DNA of 63,453 nucleotides, filler included, from Nemertoderma westbladi (taxonomy: Eukaryota; Animalia; Xenacoelomorpha): the NCBI GenBank assembly GCA_032718475.1. It is 4 parts of 4 records of this genome, joined end to end, with 100 filler letters (N's around TTAATTAATTAA, not from the genome) between each part and the next. Parts side by side here need not be neighbours in the genome. Positions count along the whole stretch, not along the records: positions 44,877 to 57,353 come from JAUCBJ010004453.1; positions 57,454 to 63,453 come from JAUCBJ010003168.1; 2 more parts are not named here. One strand, 5' to 3'. The notes below the pieces were generated by a model. That model was not told the DNA's origin and made no database searches. It saw nothing but the letters and a program-made list of their open reading frames with translations. Both the position numbers and the translations under genes were made by a program. Shown here piece after piece: positions 48,765-60,311 of this stretch; the stretch's first letter is position 1, and each line of letters begins with the position of its first letter.

Positions 48765-50630
48765 CTGCCGTGCAATGTAAAAAGACCGCAAGTCGCATTT
48801 TTCCAAAATTCACTTTTTCACTTTTCTGGATCTAAAAAATGCGCTCTATCTAATGGTATAATCGAGAACACCGTATCTACTCTATTAGTGCTCGAGATAC
48901 GCAATGTAGAAAGGCCGTAAGTCACAACATATGTTTATGTTACAATGGTAAAAGACCGTAAGTGCAATACAAAAGACCGCAACAACTTAAATTTATGCAA
49001 AAAGTCACAAGACTTGCGGTGTTTTGTCATTGCACAGATAATAAGAAAACGCACATACGGTTTTATTGAAATATGTGTCTTTTAACTTGCGGTTTTTTAC
49101 TATTAGCAGAAAAGGCGCGAAATTCAAAATTGAAATTTCACCAAGTGACTTGCGGTGTTTTATCATCATATAGCTCTATGCTACGGAACAACGACTAGAG
49201 AATAGACTTTGCAATTATTGCACGTCACTACATTTTAATATTTAATTAGGTTTATATAAAATCCTTGTAGCGGTAACAGTTTTGTTCTCATATTTTTTAT
49301 TGAGTATTGTTGATTGATGATAATAGTAAAATACTATAGCACTGACCTATTTCTCTATATTTAAATTTTTTGCCATTCATCTGTATCTTTGAGTCAGGTT
49401 TATTGGGAAACCAGAGATATTGTGACTTTTCCTAAAATTTAATGGGCTATCCAATAGAACAAACGCCATTTACATTGCTATGTTAGTTTTCGTGCAGGGG
49501 TCCCTTTCTTGCAGCAATCTGCAATTAATTTTCAAAAAAATGTATGGCTTACTAAAATAAATTTATTTGCAGTATAGGAATTTTGGATGCAAATCACAAT
49601 AATAGAACTCAAATATAATATTCGAAAAAAGTTTTTGTAACTTTGAATGTGCCACCTGGGGCACGAAAAAAACATAAGCAGTGCAAATATCATAATAAAA
49701 AAAGCTTTTAATAACTGTTGTCCATTAGTCATCTGAGGTCAACCCGCCCTACCATAACTAAGAGTAAGAACCCCTTCTTAAGTGCTTTAAGTGAGATCAA
49801 AATTTAAAAAAGTCAATGTTAAGTCCAGCCACAAGCTGACCAATAGTCAAAGAGACTAGATTCTATCGAACATAAAAATGACATTGGATATGAAATTTAC
49901 GGACCTCAAAACCACCATAATGAAAATTATAGCTCTGTGGTGTACTTCCTTCATGCCACACGCACACACTATTAACCAACCAGACCCCATATGGGCAGTT
50001 TGGTGTGGCAATGTTTAAACTTTCAAGGCAATTTTCTCGGAAAGAAATTTTTTCACGGAAAAAACACTACTCCTCTGTCATTTAAACGTTTTCTTTTGTA
50101 ATTAGACAGGTAATTTAATAAACTTCGACACATTTCGGGCAGTTTTATTGATTTCATAATCCCTGTTTCCAGGTTTATTTGTTTATGCAACGACTTCCGA
50201 GTTAATTACAAATTAAAAACCGCAGGGGGTTTGTCCCACCCACCCCCCACATTTTATGCATTAAATTTATACAATGGAAAAACACCGCAACTGACACACT
50301 TGCGGTGTTTTGTCATTGTGACATTTGTTTTGTAATTGTGACATTTATTTTGTCATTGTGACATTTGTTTTTGCATTGTATCAAATGTATTTACATGCAG
50401 GTTGTACAATTCAAAAACACCGTAAGTACAAAAAATAATCCTGAAGTCAAAATATTAATGGAAAGCAAAAAATAATCACATAGAAAAATTGACCACCCCC
50501 AATTGCGTCGGGTTATAAAAAAATTAGTAATTTACGGACATTTTCAATCAACAATCGGAAGGCTATCACTAATTTGCGTTTTACTCGAAATGACTTTTGT
50601 GACTTGCGGTCTTTTTACATTGCACGGCAG
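48765..50630. mobile_element. Non-autonomous DNA transposon with 4-bp TSD (Sola-like)
   Basis: 30-bp perfect TIR CTGCCGTGCAATGTAAAAAGACCGCAAGTC; TGTT on both flanks; many internal ACCGCAAGT/ACTTGCGGT motifs; related fragment at ~15150-15360. Confidence 0.85.
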
Positions 50631-53600
50631 TGTTAATCTTGCCAATCTACAAATACCGCATAATAATTTATAAAATATTCTTAATTACTCCACTGGTACA
50701 ATAATATTTTCAGATATTCAGATATTAGGTCCCAAAGAGCGTTAGGTCACATTGCCATTTAAAGGAGCAGGTTACTAAAGGAGCACGTTACAGAAGCGTG
50801 TTGGGGGAACCAAAACAATAAACGAAAGTTAACATGTTACAAGATTATGCAGGTCTTTATAATTGGGTCTTTGGTCTTCGTTTGTACTCATCCAAGGATC
50901 GATCGTCGGTAAAATATGTTTAATACCTTGGTTTAAGAATATTTTCGGAAACTAGAAAGTAATTACAAACAAACATACCCAGTTTTTCTTGAATAACTAC
51001 AATAATCATTTTACAATAAGTCCATAATTATTTTAAAAAAATTAATAACTGACCTTTGCACAAAGGCATGCGTTTTGAAAAAAGTATAAGTAGAAATAGT
51101 ATAAGAATATCTTCAGATATAAGAAAGTAAATATATAATTCGGTTTTACCTTTGCAAAATTACATTTACCATAAAACTTTATGAAAAATCCTAAAAAAAT
51201 ATGTGATAATAGGCCTTTGCACGCACATGGCGTACATTTTGACATACCTCAAGAAAATTATAAATCAAACAAAAATTTATTAATGCCAATATTGTACATA
51301 AGAGTATTTTCACATCTAAGACAGTATGTCTAATTTGGTAGAATATTGGCCTACTATCATATTTGCAAAAAAACATTTCTATGAAATTTAAAAAAATATC
51401 CCAAATTTGTCCAAAATCATTTTAATAATATCCCTTTGCATCAAGGTAATATTGACAATACATTATAAAAATAAAAATTTACACAAAAATTCATCACCAC
51501 CTTGGTATAAGAATATTTACAGATTCAAGAAACTCAAAATATATATTGATTACATTAAAAATTACAATTTTAAAACAGCAATAACCTTAAAATCGTACAG
51601 AAATCCTTAATTACTCCAAAATATTTAATAGCAGGCCTAGGCCTTTGTTGCCTTGGCAACAAAGCTTACATTTTTACAAAATGATGATGCATGATAGTAA
51701 ATATACTAAATTCGTATTTTTCTAATTCAGTAATTGAGATTTTAGATTCCGTATTAAAATATAGTAATATTATACGTCGTATACATTGATAACTCTGCAC
51801 TGGTGATATTTTTTTTCAAATAAAACAATATATTCGATATAAAAACGTAACGGAAAACAATATGTTCCACTCATTTTCTTTAGTGAAATTCAGAAATTCT
51901 GCCCTCGTGTGTTGGGTTTTCCACTCGTTGGCATTTTAACACTCGCTTCGCTCGTGCTAAAACCTGCCAACTCTTGTAAAACTCAACCACTCGGACAGAA
52001 TAGTTGAATTTCGCTAAATTTAAAAAGAGTGAAAAAAAACGGTGTTTTCCGCATACTTTTTTTTTTATGGAATAATAGTCCTTTTTTCGATATGTGTCAA
52101 TGGCAAAAAAATACATAAAAATAAATAAATAATTATTGTCCCAAAATAATATTATTATGATGCAATTATACAAACAATGCTATCACATATATTAGAGTTG
52201 AAAAAATAGATATTTTTAAATTCGGTTCATATAATGTTTATAATTGTGATAAACAATTACCAAGCAATTTTCCAACAAACACTCAATTCCTTCAAAATAG
52301 TTCCTAATATGCACCTAATATGTACCTAATATGCACCTAATATGCACCAAGCCATAAATGATGGAAAAAATTGAATAATTATAGAATAATTCACAAATAG
52401 TACTTATCACATTATGTTACTCAGTTAAAAGACAGTAAATCTTTAATTTGGTACATAATATTCGGAAATATCTGATTATGGGCAGAACATATGTAATGAT
52501 ACAACGATTAAAATTAGATTTCACAACATATATTCAGTTTCTGATATAAAAATAGGTTACATAATACAATTATCGCATAACTACTACAATGATAAACTAC
52601 CATACAACAAATATTATTGCACTATGTTTTGAAGCATAATATTTATTGTAAACCAATAAATATAAACAAAGTTTTACCAATTGTAAGAATAACACAAGTT
52701 ACAAGTTAAACAAATTATGAACTCAATACTGAAACCTTTCTAGAATAATACTTTTGACACAACTCCAATAAAAATAATGTAACACCGCACGGAAATTATG
52801 CACAATGAGATAATATAGACTTACCAGACAAATAATTGCAGCCTTCATTTTTCTTCTGCGGGAATTTTCAAAGTAGTAGAGTAAAGAACAAAGTTTTCAC
52901 AAAAGGTAGATAATTAATAATAAATTATTAATAAATAAATAAAATTCTACAACTTTTTTTCTACATTAAACTGACAATTTTGCTTTCGAGATCTCGCATT
53001 TATAGAAAATCGCAGCCCTCTACACTGTACAACGAAAATGTTGGCACATGTACTGTCCAATCAGTGGGAACTGGATCCTAAACCCTACGAAATACGCCCA
53101 CTTCGTGGGGACCAATAGGGAGGTTTGTATATTGGCTGCGATATTATTGGTTGACTTTTATAGTGATACATTAAATGCCAAAACGGTTTACTGGAATTAC
53201 GCTCCGCCCCCCACCTTGCCTTCTACTCTGTGTATGAGAAATTGTTATGTTGATAAAGACTCGAGTCGATAAAGACTAGAGTCGATAACGAAACCGAATC
53301 CTAAGTTCTATACGAATTTATGTAACTGTATGAAATTTGACGAATATGACCACATAAGATATAACTAGTAAGATACAAAACACGACAATTCTATATTGAT
53401 TTCTTTGTATTGTATAGATTTATCTCCTCCGTCACGCAGCCTAAGTCGTGGGTCCCCAGCGGAACACCATCTCGGTTTACAGTAAGAGACATTAGAGGAA
53501 GGACAGAAGCGGGAGCTGGATGAGACTGGATCGAATGTCGGCCACAGTGTGAACAGCATAAAAACACAGAAAAATACCGACATGGATAGTATAAAAAATT

Positions 53601-53659
53601 GATTGCGATAACATTCAATAGCTGGATAGATCGGTAAGTCATGTGAAAGACTTCTGCTA

Positions 53660-54915
53660 CCTTTGATCATGGGTTCGAATGTCTGGTGAGATTTCTGAGA
53701 TTTCTGTAGCATCACGCTACAGACTCCACCTGAAGCATGCTGGAGAATGTTTCCGCCGTCAGGATCAACTTGTATACAACATTGAGCTGTGGCAACCTGC
53801 TGGTAGAATATACAGTATATGGTGGTCAGCAATGACTTTCCTTAAATGCCTGTTCAATGACACAGACGCGGCAAACCATGGGAAGGCAACCTAACCAGGC
53901 TGTTTGACCGTATCATCATTTGTTTCTACTGTTGACGGTGACACAGAACCATTTGAAGTGTTATGGGGCGTCCTCCAAGGAGACACACTTGCATCATTCT
54001 TGTTCATATTTGTGGTTGAACATGTTCTACGCATGTCCTTAGATCATTATAATGATGATGGGGTGATGATAACTCCACCTACTGGCTCCAGAAGTCGAGG
54101 AAATCCTGCCAACTACCTAACTGATCTAGACCTTGCTGATGACTTCGGAGTACTCTCAGAATCCCTAGAGGGAGCCCAACGGCTCCTTAGCTCATTAGAA
54201 CATGCTGCTTCTAGTGTTGGTCTTTTTATTAACTCCAGAAAGACCAAAATTCTGACAGTTAACTTTGAAAGTCCGCAGCAAGTCTCTGACCGGATGAGCA
54301 TAAGCTCAAAGGATGGTATGCTTGAGCATGTGAACGACTTCTGTTACCTGGGATCATGGGTCCGGAAGTCAGGTGAGGACCTTCGAATACGTAAGGGAAA
54401 GGCATGGGCTGGGCAGCCTTGAATAGGCTTTCCAGGATTTGGAAGTCACCGAGAATTAATCGGAAACTTAAGGTCCGATTATTTAGAGCAGCAGTAGTTC
54501 CAGTACTCCTCTATGAGTCCATGCTGGGCTCTAACTGCTGAGGACACCAAATCTTTGGATGGCACATTCACGAGAATGCTACGCCGGGTTCATTGTGTCA
54601 AGTACAATGCACATATCTCCATCCACACAAACATATTACATTGTAGGTGTCTCATTGGTTCCTCCAAGCTTGACACTAGAACAAAATCGCCTCCGCTTTG
54701 CAGGACATTGCTTTCGCCGTGAGGACCAGCCAGTGCATAATCTTGTACTTGGGCAGCCTCATGGAGTGAATAAGCATGGTGGACAGCCCATGACTTTCAA
54801 GAGACGCATCTTAAAAGAAACTGGCCTTGAAGATGCGGATAATTTAGCAAATGTCATGGGTGATAGGGAGTTGTGGCGGCGCAATTTTGTCGGCAAGCCG
54901 GCACAGTATTCTTAA
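53660..54915 (+). mobile_element. RTE-type LINE 3' portion (RT), preceded by an older 3'-end fragment
   Basis: GVLQGDTLASFLF, DLDLADD, FCYLGSW, RLRFAGHCFRR...DRELWRR; similar HAGECFRRQDQ..LWQP at 53730-53800. Confidence 0.88.
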
Positions 54916-55699
54916 AAATACAGCTGCAAGCTACAAAATACAGCATGCCGATCTTAGTAGTAGACCATATCAGGCCGAAAATTATGATTCGCCTGGTCTG
55001 CCAGAGTGGAAGATAGATCCACCGGCATTCTATGGGAACCAAATGGAAGACCTGGGCACACAGCACTAAACCCTAACGCCAATGTATGAGTATTACCCCA
55101 GAACTGTAGGGAGAGAAGACCTACCATGGCAACCCTTATAAGTGCAGGGCGGGAGCAGAGAACCTCAATTTAACGCACAAGGTGAATAACCAGTTTGAAT
55201 AAATTGGACTAATCAAATCCATCCAAGCAAATCAGGAACCACGGCAGATTTATAATAGAAATCAGATGCAGGAAGAATGGATAGATACTAGCCATAGAAA
55301 GGAACAAAGACAGCAACACCGCAACAGTTAGGAGTAGCACTCCAATTCCGAAACAGCAGGATATTAACCGCAGGATATTATAATTAAGTATAATGGGTGC
55401 CGGCACAACTAGATATGCATCCATTGGAGAATGGAAAATGGACCAGGTAATATCTCTTAAAGACTCAACGACAGGGAAATCAGCCACAGTCACGTAATAT
55501 CAACACACCGAGACAAAGTAACGGACAAATGAATACATCTGAATCAGTACACGAGACAGTTTCAGAGACGGCATTAGGACATATAGCCACGCTGGAAGAG
55601 GCGTTGAAGAACAAAATATATCACCAAAGAATATCCAGAGGAGTTCATTCAATTCAAAAAATTTTTTTGAAAAAAATTATAAAAAAAATGAACAAAAAA

Positions 55700-56020
55700 T
55701 GAGATATCTGCTGATAAATATACTGCATCTACAAAATCGCTACAGAATACACTACAAATCGATTCAGTTATTCGACTGAAGTTTTCGAATCAGTGATACT
55801 CTCTGAGTACCTTTTACCCGATTGGAACCGCCTTTCTTTGGCGACTTACAAACTGCATACCGCAAGAAAATGGGAATTGACATCACATTGAACTCCCTCC
55901 TTGAAGTTCTAGAACAACAGCGTAAACTAGGGCACACCACATTCCTGTGCAAACTCGATATCGCGTCAGCGTTCGACAATGTAGATTACTCTTTATTACT
56001 TCTAAAGCTTAAAAGACATA
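55700..56020 (+). pseudogene. LINE RT fragment
   Basis: QTAYRK ... FLCKLDIASAFDNVDYSLLLLKL. Confidence 0.7.
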
Positions 56021-57353
56021 CAACGAGTCAAAGGTACAAACAAGGCGGTTATTTAGTTCGTTTATTATTTTGGTTAGGGTAGTTGGTCTGGCGTCAACCA
56101 CAATTAAACTGTCATGTAACCCTAACCCTAAGTCATAATCTAAGAAATTTAGCAGAATTTCTGACATAATTGCCATCTAGGCCCGAAGGGCCGTTAATCC
56201 AATGCAAGTGAAAATTACTTCTGGTATTCCATAAGATCTTTGGATTTCCAGCATTTTACCTCTATGGATGCAGTCGAATGCTTTCTTAAATTCCACAAAC
56301 TTTAGGACTGCGGGGAGATTCTTGGACTTAACTCCCTCTATCAGTCTCCGTAGCGCAAGTATCTGATCTATTTTGGTCGAAATCCGTTTTGGCTCTTACG
56401 CAGCAATTTCTCTATGTGAGGCCTAATTCTATATAGAATCATTTTTAACTTATTCAACGTTTCAATTTTTACACAAAATCATCATCAGCAATAATATACA
56501 AAATTTAGCCTAATTGTTGCATACTTCAAGGTTTTAATTTATAAAATTGGAGCCAAAAATACATAATTAAAAAAGAGCTTTCATAGCTTATGTATAAATC
56601 GCCTAAATGCTGTAAAATATTTACTTAATTATAGAAAGGGATGCGGTGCGGTAGCTAAAAATATGTAGTATTGAAGTAGAAGCTTGAAAACCAATAATTA
56701 ATAATTATATTTATTTATTATCAAGCACGTTAAGTAAAAAAACCTTACCGGCATGTGGGTTAGTACCAAAGTATGTAAAAACTAAAAAGCAAAAGGACCT
56801 AGACGTTGCATGCAATCAGTGATCAGCTGACAGCAGCCAGCTGATCGGTAGGTTTCGCCCCGCAGCTGAAGGCATTCTCAGGAGGCCAAGCCAGGAAATG
56901 TAGAGAGAAATTCACAAAGGAAGACAGAACGAGTATTGAATGAATAGAAAGGTCTGGATGTAACTAGCCACTGGGAAGCAGCACCACAAACTTTCGCCAA
57001 TCACGTTTCTGCTTGTTGATAGCGCGCTTGCGTGTTTGAATGCAATACATGTTTCAAGCTTTTGCAAGACTGGCCGCAATGGGTGTTAAGCGATTACTTT
57101 GAAATGTTTAAACAATTCACGCCAGTCAGTCAGCCAACGTGTATAGGCTGGCCGCGTTGAGTCATGGTGTGGTTGTGCACAGTCTTACCCTGTTCGTTCC
57201 CATCCTTGGCAGCCCCAACCTGTTGCTGTCTAACGCGTTCAAACGTATGGTGTTTCCAACATACTTCCCCTTACAAGAGGTCACCTGGGAGAAAAACATT
57301 ATCACCCGAGTGAAAAACATTTATCACCCAGGTGAAAAACATTTATCACCCGG

Positions 57354-57453
57354 NNNNNNNNNNNNNNNNNNNNNNNNNNNNNNNNNNNNNNNNNNNNTTA
57401 ATTAATTAANNNNNNNNNNNNNNNNNNNNNNNNNNNNNNNNNNNNNNNNNNNN
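57354..57453. other. Assembly gap linker
   Basis: 100-nt N-run with TTAATTAATTAA; preceded by the start of a ~22-bp tandem repeat GTGAAAAACATTTATCACCC. Confidence 0.99.
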
Positions 57454-57941
57454 TATATTAGTTTATATCACTAATAAGATGCTGCTAAAAGTGATGTGTG
57501 TGGTGGTGTGTGTGTTCTGATAGTAATATCACATTCACTCTTGCCAAGTAGGATCTATCTCGTTGCTAAGTTACCAGTGCTAACAATCTCTATAATAATC
57601 TCTGTAATGATAATAATTGCTGCTACCGGTATATACTGTACTCTATCTGTAATTGTTCAATTATAAAATAAATAGGCACATCTATTTGTTCCATACTTGT
57701 TATTTTATATTGGTAGTTTAAAAAATTGGTTGCAAATAGATACAAATATAAATTCACTAAATTTATTAATTATATGGTTTTGGGCTAACGTATATTTATT
57801 TCCAATAAGTGGTATTTTTTACTTCCTATTTTAACCCGGGGCTTTAACAAATTTATTTAAAAGCTTTTAACGCAATGCTTTTTTTCTACGTTTCTTTCTG
57901 TCAAAATAGTTCCCGATAGAAACATTTAATTTGATTATTTA

Positions 57942-59980
57942 GACACGGGGTAGGGGAGGTGATAAGGGACACGGGGAAGGGGAGGTGATAGGGGACACGG
58001 GGAAGGGGAGGTGATATTGGGGGTATCGGGGAAGGGGAGGTGATATTGGGGGTATCGGGGAAGGGGAGGTGATAGGGGACATGGGGAAGGGGAGGTGATA
58101 GGGGACACGGGGAAGGGGAGGTGATATTGGGGATATCGGGGAAGGGGAGGTGATAGGGGGGATATCGGGGAAGGGGAGGTGATAGGGGACACGGGGAAGG
58201 GGAGGTGATAGGGGACACGGGGAAGGGGAGGTGATATCGGGGAAGGGGAGGTGATATTGGGGGTATCGGGGAAGGGGAGGTGATATTGGGGGTATCGGGG
58301 AAGGGGAGGTGATAGGGGACACGGGGAAGGGGAGGTGATAGGGGACACGGGGAAGGGGAGGTGATAGGGGACACGGGGAAGGGGAGGTGATATCGGGGAA
58401 GGGGAGGTGATATTGGGGGTATCGGGGAAGGGGAGGTGATATTGGGGGTATCGGGGAAGGGGAGGTGATAGGGGGGATATCGGGGAAGGGGAGGTGATAG
58501 GGGACACGGGGAAGGGGAGGTGATATTGGGGGTATCGGGGAAGGGGAGGTGATATTGGGGATATCGGGGAAGGGGAGGTGATATTGGGGATATCGGGGAA
58601 GGGGAGGTGATATTGGGGATATCGGGGAAGGGGAGGTGATATTGGGGATATCGGGGAAGGGGAGGTGATATTGGGGATATCGGGGAAGGGGAGGTGATAT
58701 TGGGGATATCGGGGAAGGGGAGGTGATATTGGGGATATCGGGGAAGGGGAGGTGATAGGGGACACGGGGAAGGGGAGGTGATATTGGGGGTATCGGGGAA
58801 GGGGAGGTGATAGGGGACACGGGGAAGGGGAGGTGATATTGGGGATATCGGGGAAGGGGAGGTGATAGGGGACACGGGGAAGGGGAGGTGATATTGGGGG
58901 TATCGGGGAAGGGGAGGTGATAGGGGACACGGGGAAGGGGAGGTGATATTGGGGATATCGGGGAAGGGGAGGTGATATTGGGGATATCGGGGAAGGGGAG
59001 GTGATAGGGGACATGGGGAAGGGGAGGTGATAGGGGACACGGGGAAGGGGAGGTGATAGGGGACACGGGGAAGGGGAGGTGATAGGGGACACGGGGAAGG
59101 GGAGGTGATAGGGGACACGGGGAAGGGGAGGTGATATTGGGGATATCGGGGAAGGGGAGGTGATATTGGGGATATCGGGGAAGGGGAGGTGATAGGGGAC
59201 ATGGGGAAGGGGAGGTGATAGGGGACACGGGGAAGGGGAGGTGATAGGGGACACGGGGAAGGGGAGGTGATAGGGGACACGGGGAAGGGGAGGTGATAGG
59301 GGGGATATCGGGGAAGGGGAGGTGATATTGGGGACACGGGGAAGGGGAGGTGATATTGGGGGTATCGGGGAAGGGGAGGTGATATTGGGGGTATCGGGGA
59401 AGGGGAGGTGATATTGGGGGTATCGGGGAAGGGGAGGTGATATTGGGGACACGGGGAAGGGGAGGTGATATTGGGGGTATCGGGGAAGGGGAGGTGATAT
59501 TGGGGGTATCGGGGAAGGGGAGGTGATATTGGGGGTATCGGGGAAGGGGAGGTGATAGGGGGGATATCGGGGAAGGGGAGGTGATAGGGGACACGGGGAA
59601 GGGGAGGTGATAGGGGACACGGGGAAGGGGAGTGATAGGGGACACGGGGAAGGGGAGGTGATAGGGGACACGGGGAAGGGGAGGTGATAGGGGGGATATC
59701 GGGGAAGGGGAGGTGATATTGGGGACACGGGGAAGGGGAGGTGATATTGGGGGTATCGGGGAAGGGGTGGTGATATTGGGGGTATCGGGGAAGGGGAGGT
59801 GATATTGGGGGTATCGGGGAAGGGGAGGTGATATTGGGGACACGGGGAAGGGGAGGTGATATTGGGGGTATCGGGGAAGGGGAGGTGATATTGGGGGTAT
59901 CGGGGAAGGGGAGGTGATATTGGGGGTATCGGGGAAGGGGAGGTGATAGGGGGGATATCGGGGAAGGGGAGGTGATATTG
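57942..59980. repeat. G-rich minisatellite with mixed 21/26/28/29-bp units
   Basis: Constant CGGGGAAGGGGAGGTGATA followed by GGGGACA, TTGGGGGTAT, TTGGGGATAT, GGGGGGATAT or a bare T. Confidence 0.97.
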
Positions 59981-60311
59981 ACGCAAAGCAAATCCCGGCG
60001 AATTAATATATCGTCTCGGCGAATTACATTAATAATTATTATCAATTTAGGGAAATGAGCAGGATAAAGTAGCTATTTATTCTAACCAAAACAATAAACT
60101 AAAGTCAATAGAACAGGTTTCAGTTTAATTTTTGCTGGTAATCAACTGTTATTTGCGTCGATTTTCCCCATGGGAAGATTTAATTTCATACAACCCCCCC
60201 TCCCCCCCCCCCCCTCCCCTGCCTATATTGGCGATATTAATAAATTATTAATTGATGTTGATTAATATTATCAACTTACTTTTTATTAAACCGCAAATAA
60301 TATAATATAAA

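Noticed and set aside
57901-60045. Three 630-710-aa proline-rich (extensin-like) ORFs
   Set aside because: All three minus frames are open because the C-rich repeat lacks stops; mixed unit lengths shift frames arbitrarily.
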